IMG/VR virus record: IMGVR_UViG_3300040985_000347
Span: 1 to 54,378 of that record
Strand: one strand, 5' to 3'
From: a virus
Taxonomy: Duplodnaviria > Caudoviricetes
Length of the DNA stretch: 54,378 nt
The translations under genes were made by a program, and so were the position numbers. Every line of letters starts with the position of its first letter. Position 1 is the stretch's first letter. The notes beneath the pieces were generated by a model that did no database searches, had not been told where the DNA came from, and worked only from the letters and a program-made list of their open reading frames with translations. Positions 1 to 10,644 of the stretch are shown here, piece after piece.

Positions 1-3000
1 GTACTTCTGTTAAATATTCTTTACCTCTTTCTATTAACTGCTCACTAGTTCTTCCACTAGCTAACCCTAAATTAAGATCAGCATGATTCTTTATATCTAG
101 ATTACCTATCATCAAGAATCTCTCTGCTCTAGAAGAGGCAGTATAAATTGCTCTATTATAAGATCTATTATCTTTAAAGTATTTTGGATCTTTAGGTAAA
201 TCTACATACACTTCAGATATACTCCTACCTTGAGCTTCTGTTACTTCTAGTACTTCAACTCCTTCTATCATTGCTTCTTTTAACAACTTTTGATAATGCT
301 GTATGCTTTCAGGTAAAGTTATTATAGCTCTTGTCTTTTTATCTTCTGCTGTAGTTTCTCTAAGACGTCGTATTATATTTTCTTTTAATTTATGCTCACT
401 AGTATTTGTACCCCAAACTCCAATTACTTCATCTGTTTTTCTAACTCCGTAAGGGTTAGTAGCATTCATTTTAACATCTATCTTATTAGCAGCAACATCG
501 TGCGTTTTACCTCTAAATAAATCTTGAAAGTTTGTTATTGCAGCAACATCTGTTCTATACACTGTCGAGATAGGTGTAACAATTTCTACTGTCACCGCAT
601 CAATAGGAGCATACTGCCCACTATAATCAGCTGTAATTTGATTAGGATCTCCAGTTACTACAACTTTAAGTATATTATCTTTAGATCTTTCTGAGTTTAT
701 TTTAGCAACAGCCTGGCCTAAATTTTCTAGTGTTATATCATCTATACCTGCAACCTCATCTATTATTAGTAATTTAATATCGTCACTTACTCCATTGTTA
801 GTTGCTACATCTAAAAACATAGGTATAGTAAAAGGCTTTTCTTTACCTAATGCTGAAGCAAGTGTTTCTGATGAATGATCATTATGACCAATAGCTAGTA
901 CATCTTCTAGTCCTATTCCTGAAGTGCTTAACATCCAAGGTAATATAACTTTAGTTTTCCCTGTACCTGCAGGAGATTTTAAATATACCCAAGGAGAGTA
1001 TAAATTTTCCTCACTTATTTTAGGAGTACTTTTTATAAACTGTACTAAATTTCTTATAGCTATTACTTGTTGCTTTGAAGGGTATGCTCCTTGCGGTGCA
1101 TTTTGAGAAGTAGCAAACTCATTAGCTATCTGAGCATCTATTCTAAAATCAGAATTTATATACTCATAAACCCCCATCTTTCCTTCTAAGCTTATTTGAG
1201 CTTGTATTAAATCTACTAGCTCGTCTTTAGTAAGAGTTTTATCTTCTGGTCTTTCTTCTGCTTTTTGTACATCTCTTAAAAACTTATGTAAATTTTTATG
1301 TACTGTAAAGTCTTGGTAAGCGCCTTGATCGTCTAACCCTGTAGCAGAGTCATTAACGTCCATTAAAAGATTAAGTATAAAAGAAAATTGATTTCTAGGA
1401 GCAGCCATGTACTCATCTATATTAGGCTGTATACTTTTTTGAGTTCGTCCTGTTATTTTTAATACTCTCTTTAAAGATTCACTTTTAATTATAGCTTTCT
1501 TTTGTGAGTCAATGTCTTTCTTTAATGTAGATATGCTTGTGTCTATTTTAGATTCGAGTGCCATCTGTATTAACAATAAAGCTGCAGCGTGCTTATCAGA
1601 AAGTTTACCAGATTTTACATCTTCTCTCCATTTAATTACATTCTCAGCTCCAATTGCTCTTTCTATATCTTCAGCCATTTGAGTCTTAGCTTCTAGATTC
1701 TCGAAGTCAAAACCTATTACATCCATTAAAGAATTAAAGACATCGTTTTCATATAGATATTGGTCCCTAGTTCTATCATTAACTCTGTCTGTTACAACTG
1801 TAAGATATTCTTCTAGCTTATCTATATTTGTGTCTATCTGTGCTAGCAACTCATCAGTAATCCACGGGTTCTGCTCTCTGTCTCTTAGAGTAAAAATATT
1901 TTTTAATTTCTTTAAACCTTTAAGAGCTCTTTCTACTATATTCTGATCTGAAAAAGTTTCATTAGCTTCTACATTAGATTGTATGTATTCTAAATTGTCA
2001 AATATAAATTGGTCTGCAACCATTTTTTTATATTGATCATCTGTAAGTTCTCCAAACTCTGAATCATCCATTAAGAATTGAGAGTAGCCACCATCTTTAT
2101 CTCTTCTATTTCTAAACTTTTTAATTAACTCAGAAGTTTTTTTAGCATCATTAGTAGCTTCTTGCTGACTGTCTATTGCTTCTTGAAGTTTATTTATATT
2201 AAAACTTTGTTCTGCTTCATTAGCTAGTGTAGCAAGTTCTCTCTCCTGCTCTTCTGTAATACTTCCTTCTTCTTTAAATTGTCTTAAGCTTTTTAATCTT
2301 TCTACTTTTTCAGTAGTCATTTTATCAGCTCCTAGCATAAATCTTTGGCCTTGGGCCTCTTGTAAAGAAGCTTCCATTTTCTTAGAGTAATGATGATAGT
2401 ATCGTTGTAGTTTACTAACCTCATCTAAAGTTATGTTATCTATCTTAATGTTTCTGTCTAACATTTCCTCAAGTATAGTCCCTAAATTACCTTTAGGATC
2501 TTCTGTCATTAATTGGGATATAGTAGATGCATTATATAAAGCAAGACTTCTTTTTAATTTTTGCTGCTTACGAAGCCTTTTAACTTCAGAAGCTTCTACA
2601 ATCATTTCATATTGTTCCATCTCCGCCTCTTGCTTTAAAGCTTTTAATTCAGACTCTCCTTCTGGAGTAAGCTTACCTTCTGTTTTTAACCTTTCAAGGC
2701 CTGCAATCTCAAACATTAATCCTGATGCTAGTTCTGGATTTCCTTCTGAATCTATTTCATACTTGTTAAGAGCTTCATATCTTTTTCTATTTACAGTTTG
2801 AATACCGTGAGCCCCCATAGTTAGCATATTTCTATCTCCTATAAGATCTACACTTTCTAATTGTAAACTTTTTAATTCTTGTTCTGATTCTTTTATTTTT
2901 AAATCAAAAGGAGTTTCACCTAAACCTTTTTCTTGTAGTGTATTTCTAACTTGATCTTTTTCGTCTTGGGACATAAAGTCACTTTCTAACCAAGACTCTG

Positions 3001-5266
3001 ATTGTTCTTCTTGGTTCTCTAACCACGACTGTTTCTCTTCATTTAAAGATGTTAAAGATTTTTTTAATCTAGCAACTTGCATAGCATTTTGAAACAGTTC
3101 AAATTGTTCCATTTCATTTAAAGGTTTAACGCCTCCTAATGATTTAGCAATACTCTTCCTACCGCTCATGCCTAATTGGTCTTGCATTTCTGAAGTATAA
3201 ATACTTTCTCCAAAACGCTTCTGACCTGCCCACATATCATACTGCTCTTTAGCATCTGATATTAAATCAATAGACTGTTCTGCCTCTTGCTCAGTCATAA
3301 GACCTTCTCTAGCAGATCTATATATAGCTGATAATAAATGTTTAACAGTACCATCTTTAAAATGTTTAAACATATTAGCTGCTTTAACCTTAGTATCTAC
3401 TTCAGCATCAAACGCTTCTCCGTCTTTACCTAGAGATGTAACTGCTTGTCTAAATCTATGATAGTCCATAATACCTCTACCTAGCCTTGGCCCAGCAACC
3501 ATCATAGTACCCATATCTCTACCTGATTGTACAGCTTCTTTAAAAGCATGGTTATTATATATATCAGGATTAGCTCCTATCATATCATGCATACTGTGAG
3601 GCATCATAGCTTTAGCTACTTCCTTACCATCACTCCAAAAATCTCCAGCTAAATCCATTACTCCATGATTTGAAGAGTACCCACTAAGAAAATCATTACT
3701 CCATTTCCATTGTTGGCCTTCTTCCCATCCTTCCATTTGTCTGTTCATATTAACAAACGTACCGTATCTAGCAGCATTAATTCCTATTCTACCTGGATAC
3801 GTTGCGTTTAATCTCCCATAAAGACCTTTGTTAACAAAGTTTCTTCCAAACGCTGTTCTGCTAAATCCTTTAAGAGCAAACCAAGTTAAAGCAAATTGTG
3901 CCATATCATTACCAACAAGCATTCTATTTTTAACACGCATGTCTCTCATACCGTCCATAGAATTTACACGTATCTCTCTTTTCTCTTCGTCAGATAAAAT
4001 CCTACCTAGCTTATCTTGTTGTCTAGCTATTTCAGTGTCTACTTTTCTCCAGTAAGATTCTCCAAGCTCCATACTTCCCTCAGCCTCTCTACTATATGCT
4101 AGACCTGACCCTATAGCTCCCATTTGAGCTGTCTGTGTAAGCAGTCTTCCTATTGTGGATTTAGGCAGTCCTAGTTTTTTTGCACCATATCCAACAGCTA
4201 AAGCTCCTAACCCTGCTATTATATGGCCTTCAAATGTAGACATAGTTCCTGCTAAATCTTCTCCAGATTGGTATCTAAAATAATTGTCTCCACCCCAATC
4301 AGTCTTTTTACCAAGACCTAAAAGGCCATTTATTTTACCAAGAATTGGAATAGAAGACATAAATGTCTCTTCATTAAGTCTAGATTTTGAAGCTCGATTA
4401 GCCCACTCAGGATTAACTCCAGCATAAGTACCTGTCCAATCAGGTCTTTCCTGATCAATCATACTTTTCTTATCATTAACCTGTTTACCTAGCTTAAGTA
4501 ATTGTTTTTGGAATTCTTCATAAGTTTTAGGCTGGTCTGCAAATATACTATTAACCCAATTGTCTGCTGTGTTTAAAAATGCTAACCCACTTCCTTGATC
4601 TTTATATCCTGCTTTAACTTCTTCTTGATTTTTTTTGGACATCTCATCAACAAACTTCCCCATAACTTCTTTGTTTAACCATTGAGATATATCCTTACTG
4701 CCAAATAATTGCTCATTCATATATTGGTTAAAAGTATCATCAAATCCTTGAGAGATTAAATCATTAAAAGCTCCAGCTTTTATTTGTTGTTTTAATTGAT
4801 CTGCTTCAAGTGAGCTAATTCTACCGCTCTCAGCCATTAAATTAACATCGTCCGTATACTTATCCATTAAATCAATATAGTTTTGGTAAGAAGCAGATTG
4901 GTCTTGAAGCTTCATAATCCTAAACTCTTTAACTCTATTTCTATGATCATTAATCATACTTGCAAAGTCACCTTGAAAATTTGTTTGATACCTTTCCGGA
5001 CTGTCCTCATACGCTATAATAGTAGGGTCAGTAATACCGTAGCTTACTAGAGGGTCTTTAAAACCACTAGTTAAATCTACTCCAGGAACTCCTGTAAAAG
5101 GACTACCACCACCTGAAGAAGATATATTGTTTATTTGATTAAATAGTATAGCTTGTTCGTCTGAAGCGCCAGTTAAATCTATCGCGTCGTTGGAAGGTAC
5201 AGAATTTGATTGAAGATTATTCTGATTCAATATATCTCCATTTTGAAACTTTTTAGTCTTACTCAT
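1..5266 (-). CDS. Giant virion (cargo) protein with SF1 (RecD/UvrD-like) helicase domain; 3' end outside the window; not in ORF track
   Basis: Manual translation from ATG at 5266 (MSKTKKFQNGDILNQ...). The same frame holds Walker A SPAGTGKT (953-976), Walker B LIIDEV (~752-769), GDPNQI (~635-652), VYRT, AQGRS (~221-235) and IYTASSRA (125-148). The N-terminal part has hydrophobic Gly/Ala segments and long coiled-coil regions. The frame was checked by eye, not computed. Confidence 0.85.
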   Translation of the reverse strand, partial: MSKTKKFQNGDILNQNNLQSNSVPSNDAIDLTGASDEQAILFNQINNISSSGGGSPFTGVPGVDLTSGFKDPLVSYGITDPTIIAYEDSPERYQTNFQGDFASMINDHRNRVKEFRIMKLQDQSASYQNYIDLMDKYTDDVNLMAESGRISSLEADQLKQQIKAGAFNDLISQGFDDTFNQYMNEQLFGSKDISQWLNKEVMGKFVDEMSKKNQEEVKAGYKDQGSGLAFLNTADNWVNSIFADQPKTYEEFQKQLLKLGKQVNDKKSMIDQERPDWTGTYAGVNPEWANRASKSRLNEETFMSSIPILGKINGLLGLGKKTDWGGDNYFRYQSGEDLAGTMSTFEGHIIAGLGALAVGYGAKKLGLPKSTIGRLLTQTAQMGAIGSGLAYSREAEGSMELGESYWRKVDTEIARQQDKLGRILSDEEKREIRVNSMDGMRDMRVKNRMLVGNDMAQFALTWFALKGFSRTAFGRNFVNKGLYGRLNATYPGRIGINAARYGTFVNMNRQMEGWEEGQQWKWSNDFLSGYSSNHGVMDLAGDFWSDGKEVAKAMMPHSMHDMIGANPDIYNNHAFKEAVQSGRDMGTMMVAGPRLGRGIMDYHRFRQAVTSLGKDGEAFDAEVDTKVKAANMFKHFKDGTVKHLLSAIYRSAREGLMTEQEAEQSIDLISDAKEQYDMWAGQKRFGESIYTSEMQDQLGMSGRKSIAKSLGGVKPLNEMEQFELFQNAMQVARLKKSLTSLNEEKQSWLENQEEQSESWLESDFMSQDEKDQVRNTLQEKGLGETPFDLKIKESEQELKSLQLESVDLIGDRNMLTMGAHGIQTVNRKRYEALNKYEIDSEGNPELASGLMFEIAGLERLKTEGKLTPEGESELKALKQEAEMEQYEMIVEASEVKRLRKQQKLKRSLALYNASTISQLMTEDPKGNLGTILEEMLDRNIKIDNITLDEVSKLQRYYHHYSKKMEASLQEAQGQRFMLGADKMTTEKVERLKSLRQFKEEGSITEEQERELATLANEAEQSFNINKLQEAIDSQQEATNDAKKTSELIKKFRNRRDKDGGYSQFLMDDSEFGELTDDQYKKMVADQFIFDNLEYIQSNVEANETFSDQNIVERALKGLKKLKNIFTLRDREQNPWITDELLAQIDTNIDKLEEYLTVVTDRVNDRTRDQYLYENDVFNSLMDVIGFDFENLEAKTQMAEDIERAIGAENVIKWREDVKSGKLSDKHAAALLLIQMALESKIDTSISTLKKDIDSQKKAIIKSESLKRVLKITGRTQKSIQPNIDEYMAAPRNQFSFILNLLMDVNDSATGLDDQGAYQDFTVHKNLHKFLRDVQKAEERPEDKTLTKDELVDLIQAQISLEGKMGVYEYINSDFRIDAQIANEFATSQNAPQGAYPSKQQVIAIRNLVQFIKSTPKISEENLYSPWVYLKSPAGTGKTKVILPWMLSTSGIGLEDVLAIGHNDHSSETLASALGKEKPFTIPMFLDVATNNGVSDDIKLLIIDEVAGIDDITLENLGQAVAKINSERSKDNILKVVVTGDPNQITADYSGQYAPIDAVTVEIVTPISTVYRTDVAAITNFQDLFRGKTHDVAANKIDVKMNATNPYGVRKTDEVIGVWGTNTSEHKLKENIIRRLRETTAEDKKTRAIITLPESIQHYQKLLKEAMIEGVEVLEVTEAQGRSISEVYVDLPKDPKYFKDNRSYNRAIYTASSRAERFLMIGNLDIKNHADLNLGLASGRTSEQLIERGKEYLTEV

Positions 5267-5274
5267 ATTTAGTT

Positions 5275-7383
5275 TTATTGAGTTAAAAGATTGTACAGAT
5301 TATTCAGCTTAGAAGTTCGCGTTTTATCATCCATCTTTTGCGAAACAGCCATCTTAACTTGGGCCAAGATACCGTAAATATATTTAGTAGACGTCATATC
5401 TTGAGGGTATTTTCCGTTACTTTTTAACACTTCAAACTGAACGCTTGCTTCAGGAATAGCTCCTATGATGCTTTGAATAATCCTATCATCATTACTACCC
5501 CTTGTGACATAAGGTCTTATGTTAAACTCTTTTAATTCGGTACCACTCAAATAAGGTAATACTCCATCGTTAGAATAGTTAGCAGTCATTATTGTAGTTG
5601 CTCTTTGCAGATCTTGATAGTATCCTACTTGATCTTTCATATTTGCAGCAGACTTTGCGGCATCAGTTGTTCCAATACTTGTTCTATCTTGATCAAGAGT
5701 TTCTTGTAGTTTTGTATTAACTTCTTTTGGCATCCATATATCTACATAATATCCTTCAGTTTCTTTAGCGCTATTACCAAATCTATACGTACCTTTCCTG
5801 TATATTAAATCATTTGTTCCAGGATACTTAAGTTCGTTTATGTCTACCTGCCCTATATCTTCTCCGGTAAAAGGTATAGAGAAGATCTGAGTACCAGGTT
5901 GTCCTACACCCCCACCTTTATCACCCCAACTGTTCTGTGCTTGTAAATCTACTTGATCATTTGTGTAAAAATGAGGAACTTTAGTATATACTACGGTCTT
6001 ACCTCCTTCATTAACTTTCTTTATTTCTAAGTCTTTACCTCCTGGAACTTGAATACCTCCAGACATATCCCAATTATACATCATACCCATAGATGCATAC
6101 AATTCATCTGCCTCTAATCCGCTAATAGTTTTAGTAAATTTTTCTATATCTATTAAGAGTTGCTCTTTATTCTTACCATATGCTTCTACAAAACCTGGAA
6201 GAGTTTTAGCTAACTCTCCAGCTTCTTCTTGTCTACCAGTTTGTATTAAATTAGCAATCTGCATTATTTCCATAACTTTAACACCTTTTAACTCGTCATT
6301 TAAACCTTCAAAAGGTTTCCACCCTGGAGTTAGTTCAAGGTTACTTGAAACATCGTTAAGATATCCTAAGCTAGGCATAGAAGCAAAGCTTGATAATAAT
6401 CTAGTACGAGAAGCACTAGTTGTTCCTTCTTCAATACCTAGACTAACTTGTTGGTCTTTATCTATTGTAGTTGTATTACCCCTCATAATATCTAATAATA
6501 TAGAAGGTTGTTTAAACATATCTCCGTCAGAACCTGAGTCAGTTTCTTGCGTTCTCCATTTACTTCCCCCACCTGTAAACCCAACTTGATTTTGAATTAG
6601 TGGTCTAAATTTATTGTATAATATTTTTAAAGCTTCGTCTCTATCTTCAGCTATAGGAGGCTTACCGTTAACCATGTCTGTAAGTTCTCTTAAAGCTTGA
6701 GCTCCTGCAGCAGTGTTTGAAACAAACTGCTCCATTACATCTTTTACTATTTTGTCTGCTCTACTATTACTAACTCCTTTTGCAGTAGTGTAATCAGATA
6801 TAACATCCATAATATCATCTCCATTTATATCTTCATACATAGTACCTGTACGTCCTCCTTGTTGAGCTATAGTTCCAACTAAACGTGTAAATTCTCCTGC
6901 TTGGTCTAGTCTCCCTTCAGCTTGATGTTGATATTTGTTTATACTACCATCATCATTTAATGTTCTAAAATAATTAGGGTCTTGGCCAAACATAATCATA
7001 CTAGAAAATCCACCAGGAGTTTGTATAGCCATCTGTTTAGTTATTTCATATTCTGCAGCGTTCCTTCTAAAAGCAGCAGCTTTAGAATCTGATGTATAAA
7101 ATTGCATAGCTTTATTTACACTAGATGTAGCCTCTTCAGGTGCTTGCATTGCAGAGCCTAATATATTTTCTATTCCCTCTTCTAAATACGTTCTACCATA
7201 TTCATCTCCTGGCATAAAGTTCATTTGAGCTACACCTTCTTTTAACAAAGAAGTTCCTGCTACATTTTTATCATATGTATCTCTTAAAGATTTAACTCCT
7301 TCAATATATTTATCTACACCTACATCATAATATAGAGATTCATAATCAGATAGTCCACTTGTTATATCGTATTTACTTGCCAT
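5275..7383 (-). CDS. Putative virion cargo protein (702 aa)
   Basis: Long ORF between the cargo genes and the giant protein, with tight spacing. No recognisable enzyme motif. Confidence 0.6.
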   Translation of the reverse strand: MASKYDITSGLSDYESLYYDVGVDKYIEGVKSLRDTYDKNVAGTSLLKEGVAQMNFMPGDEYGRTYLEEGIENILGSAMQAPEEATSSVNKAMQFYTSDSKAAAFRRNAAEYEITKQMAIQTPGGFSSMIMFGQDPNYFRTLNDDGSINKYQHQAEGRLDQAGEFTRLVGTIAQQGGRTGTMYEDINGDDIMDVISDYTTAKGVSNSRADKIVKDVMEQFVSNTAAGAQALRELTDMVNGKPPIAEDRDEALKILYNKFRPLIQNQVGFTGGGSKWRTQETDSGSDGDMFKQPSILLDIMRGNTTTIDKDQQVSLGIEEGTTSASRTRLLSSFASMPSLGYLNDVSSNLELTPGWKPFEGLNDELKGVKVMEIMQIANLIQTGRQEEAGELAKTLPGFVEAYGKNKEQLLIDIEKFTKTISGLEADELYASMGMMYNWDMSGGIQVPGGKDLEIKKVNEGGKTVVYTKVPHFYTNDQVDLQAQNSWGDKGGGVGQPGTQIFSIPFTGEDIGQVDINELKYPGTNDLIYRKGTYRFGNSAKETEGYYVDIWMPKEVNTKLQETLDQDRTSIGTTDAAKSAANMKDQVGYYQDLQRATTIMTANYSNDGVLPYLSGTELKEFNIRPYVTRGSNDDRIIQSIIGAIPEASVQFEVLKSNGKYPQDMTSTKYIYGILAQVKMAVSQKMDDKTRTSKLNNLYNLLTQ

Positions 7384-7389
7384 ATTTAA

Positions 7390-10300
7390 TTATTCTTTTT
7401 TATCCTCATAAAGTTCACCACCTCCAGCATTTCTAATCATATCTTCTGTAATGCCCATAGAGTTCATAAGTTTAATCATAGTTTGTCTTTCCGTCATACC
7501 AGTACCAGCTGTTAAAGCTGTTGATACCATTGCCATTATATTTTTATCTGAGTACATTTTTCTAGAATCTAATACAACTCCTGATATAGTTTTCATTAAG
7601 TTATCCATTATATCAATCTTAGCTTTCTTAGTAGCTGTTCTAAAGTCCATCTCCTCAAGTTTCATTTTAATGTTTTTAACTTGATTTTGTTTTTCAGCAT
7701 CCATATAATAACCAGCCGTTAATTTTTTACCTTCATTATCAGCTTTCATTAATAGATCTTGCTTCTGAGCTTCTAACCCCCTCACAGCTTCTCTTCTTTT
7801 CTTTTCTACTGATAGTATTGCTGCAGCGCTTGCTCCTTTTTCTTTTAGTAAATTAGCCGTCATTACAGCATCTTCATTAGTTGTAGCTATTTGTTGATCT
7901 ACTTCTTTTACAGGAGCTTTTATATTTACAATAGGAGACTCTATATCTGGAACTGCTCCAAATTCTCCTACTTCGCCTTCCATTAAGTTTGCTTGATTCC
8001 AAGCTGTAATGGCCGGTATAACACTCATACCTAAATCTCCAGCCATTTTAAATGCTCCTGCCCATTTATTTGTTTTTAACTCTGGGTTATCTCCTCCGCC
8101 ATTAGTAAAGCTATTCTCTGGTGGTCTAGGTATACAATTTCCATTACCATCATCCATCATTCCCTTTCCACAACTTCTATTTACAGCATTATTACCCTCA
8201 ACAATAACGTCATCAGTTGCAGGAGTTCCTGCTGTTCTATTTGATGTTGTCCATTCCCAAGCGCCTTGATGTTGTTTACCCCAATGAGTAGTGTTATCCC
8301 AATCATATTTACTAAAGTCTTTTTGTTGTTTCATAAAAGACCTCCAAGAGTCATAGTTTTGAAATCCATACTTATTAAGATCTGCCATACCAGGTTGTGT
8401 AAACCCTCCATAATCTATCATACCTGCATAAGTATTATCAGGAGTACTAATTGCTGGGTATGGAGATTCAACTCCTGTATATCCTTCAGGAAGCCCAGTT
8501 GCTTGACCTCCTTGGTATTTTAAAAGACCTCCTTTTTTAAACTCTTGTACAAACTGAGGTGTTTGTGCGTTTGGATTTACAAAGCCTCCACGTTGCTTTT
8601 TCTCTATCCACTCTTGCTCCGTTTGATCATATACCTTACCTTCAGTACCTGGACCTGTATAATCTGCGTCAAGATAATTAACAGTTCCATCATTATCATC
8701 ATCAAAAGTATGCCAATTCCCACTTTCGTAACTGAAAACATCTCCAAATTCATCTCTCTTTGCTTTATATCCAGACTCAAATTCTATGATTTCATCTTCT
8801 GGATAATAGGCTCTCAGATTCTGAAAATCTACAGAGTCTTGAAAATAGTGCTCTCCTTTACTGTCAAATAAATCTTGTTTTTGTTTGTTCTTGTCTGCAT
8901 CTGAACTATTAGATTGCATAATTTTATCAAACTCTGATATAAACTGTTGACTTTCTTCAGACCATATATCACCTGCATCTTTACCAAAAACAAATTCTCT
9001 TCCACCAGGAGTCGCTAAAAGTAAACTTATACGAGTACTATATCTAGTAACCATATTTTGACCAGTCTTCATGGTTATAACTTTCATCATATTATTTAAT
9101 GCGCCCTGATCTTTCCATGGAGTTTTTGCTACTTGCCTCCAATACTTTCCTCCTGTCCACTTTTGAAATCCTTCTCTTAGTTTATTAAATCTTGATACTT
9201 TATCGCTACCCCAATCTTTAGATTTAGCTAGTCTTTGTCTCCATCCTTTTTCTTTCTCAGGGTCTTTATTGTCTTCTGGTGGTGCTGGTGGCGGCCCAGT
9301 AGCAGTCATCGTAGTTTCACCTTCAAATACTACATTCCCAGCTTCATCTACTTCCTGAGGCCCATCTTCTACCTTTCCACTTGGGTATGCATCTTCGTAA
9401 GCACGATCAGCATCTGTCATTTGATTTGCTGAAGCATAAGGTACTACTTTAGCTATTTGTTCTCTAGACATAAACACTTCTCCTTGCGCTGTAGGCACCA
9501 TAATACCTTGCATGTTATTCTGCGTTGTCCATATTCTTTCTCCTAATGCAGTTTGAGTTAAAGTTTCAAAATTTGATTTTAAAGTATTTTGAGCTGATAC
9601 TGACAAATCAGAGTAAGCGCCTGTAGATGTGGTTTGATCCCAAATCTCTCCCCATGGAATTGCTGATGCTGATTCAACAGCCATAGCTGCTCCTACAAGT
9701 GGAATAAGAACATCATCAACAACTCCTATAACTGTAGCATCATCTGCAACTAACACACCTGCAACAGCTGCTAAAGATTTGTTAGCGTCACCTCCAAATA
9801 TACTTGAAAGAATACCTTTATTTTTACCTGAGGTAACAGGCGTTCCATCTGATCTTACTCCTGCGTCAACTCCTAATTGATTCTCTTTAGTAGTTTCTTG
9901 GTTAATTAAATTCTGATATGCGTTTTTTATTTCTGTATACGAAGGCTTTACCCAATTACCATTATTATCTTTATAAAATCCTTCTCCTTTTTCATTACCT
10001 TTTGTGTATATATAATCTATCTGTTTATCCTGATACACATTCAAATCTTCTTGGAATCTTTTAAGCTCTCCTTCTAAAGCAAAGTTATAGTCGCTTTTAT
10101 TAGGAGCATTCCCAATAGCTAAGATTTCTCTTTCTTTCTCACTTTGCAAGGACATGTTGTCACGGTCTTCTTGCGTTTCAACTCTTCCATATAAATATTC
10201 ATTAATAGGAATTGATAACCTTTCGTCTTCACCTTCATTATTTGTTCGTATGCCTGCAACATGCGTTGCTTTAGTAATGTCAAAAGTAAACTCATCTCCC

Positions 10301-10635
10301 TGTAAATACATACCATTAGAATATTGATTTTTATATCCATATTCTGCGGTACCAAAAGGAACCTCTGGAATAGTTCCTGCAGACCACATAGTATTATACC
10401 TATTTAGTCTACCATCTAATGTTTCGTACGCTGCCTCGTCATCCTCTGTATGATAAGTAGTTGGGTATCTTGATGTTGAAACTGGAACTTCTGGTAACTG
10501 TATAGGAGTAGCTGCGCTACCCATACCGCTTTCAAATCCTGTCTCAGGAGTTTCTTCAACTATATTAGTATTAGTTTCACCCTGATACTTTCTTAGTATT
10601 TTTCTTTGTTGTATTAAACTATTTAGATCTGCCAT
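7390..10635 (-). CDS. Putative ejected cargo protein (1081 aa) with hydrophobic hairpin and C-terminal coiled coil
   Basis: KYQG/GG motifs, hydrophobic LAAVAGVLVADDATVIGVVDDVLIPLVGAAMA segment, DDDNDGTVNYLDAD Ca-binding-like loop; lies downstream of the tail stabilisation gene. Confidence 0.65.
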   Translation of the reverse strand: MADLNSLIQQRKILRKYQGETNTNIVEETPETGFESGMGSAATPIQLPEVPVSTSRYPTTYHTEDDEAAYETLDGRLNRYNTMWSAGTIPEVPFGTAEYGYKNQYSNGMYLQGDEFTFDITKATHVAGIRTNNEGEDERLSIPINEYLYGRVETQEDRDNMSLQSEKEREILAIGNAPNKSDYNFALEGELKRFQEDLNVYQDKQIDYIYTKGNEKGEGFYKDNNGNWVKPSYTEIKNAYQNLINQETTKENQLGVDAGVRSDGTPVTSGKNKGILSSIFGGDANKSLAAVAGVLVADDATVIGVVDDVLIPLVGAAMAVESASAIPWGEIWDQTTSTGAYSDLSVSAQNTLKSNFETLTQTALGERIWTTQNNMQGIMVPTAQGEVFMSREQIAKVVPYASANQMTDADRAYEDAYPSGKVEDGPQEVDEAGNVVFEGETTMTATGPPPAPPEDNKDPEKEKGWRQRLAKSKDWGSDKVSRFNKLREGFQKWTGGKYWRQVAKTPWKDQGALNNMMKVITMKTGQNMVTRYSTRISLLLATPGGREFVFGKDAGDIWSEESQQFISEFDKIMQSNSSDADKNKQKQDLFDSKGEHYFQDSVDFQNLRAYYPEDEIIEFESGYKAKRDEFGDVFSYESGNWHTFDDDNDGTVNYLDADYTGPGTEGKVYDQTEQEWIEKKQRGGFVNPNAQTPQFVQEFKKGGLLKYQGGQATGLPEGYTGVESPYPAISTPDNTYAGMIDYGGFTQPGMADLNKYGFQNYDSWRSFMKQQKDFSKYDWDNTTHWGKQHQGAWEWTTSNRTAGTPATDDVIVEGNNAVNRSCGKGMMDDGNGNCIPRPPENSFTNGGGDNPELKTNKWAGAFKMAGDLGMSVIPAITAWNQANLMEGEVGEFGAVPDIESPIVNIKAPVKEVDQQIATTNEDAVMTANLLKEKGASAAAILSVEKKRREAVRGLEAQKQDLLMKADNEGKKLTAGYYMDAEKQNQVKNIKMKLEEMDFRTATKKAKIDIMDNLMKTISGVVLDSRKMYSDKNIMAMVSTALTAGTGMTERQTMIKLMNSMGITEDMIRNAGGGELYEDKKE

Positions 10636-10644
10636 AATTATATT

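Noticed and set aside
1-7383. Virion RNA polymerase catalytic domain
   Set aside because: No convincing DxDxD polymerase motif was seen in the visible part; it may lie beyond the left edge.
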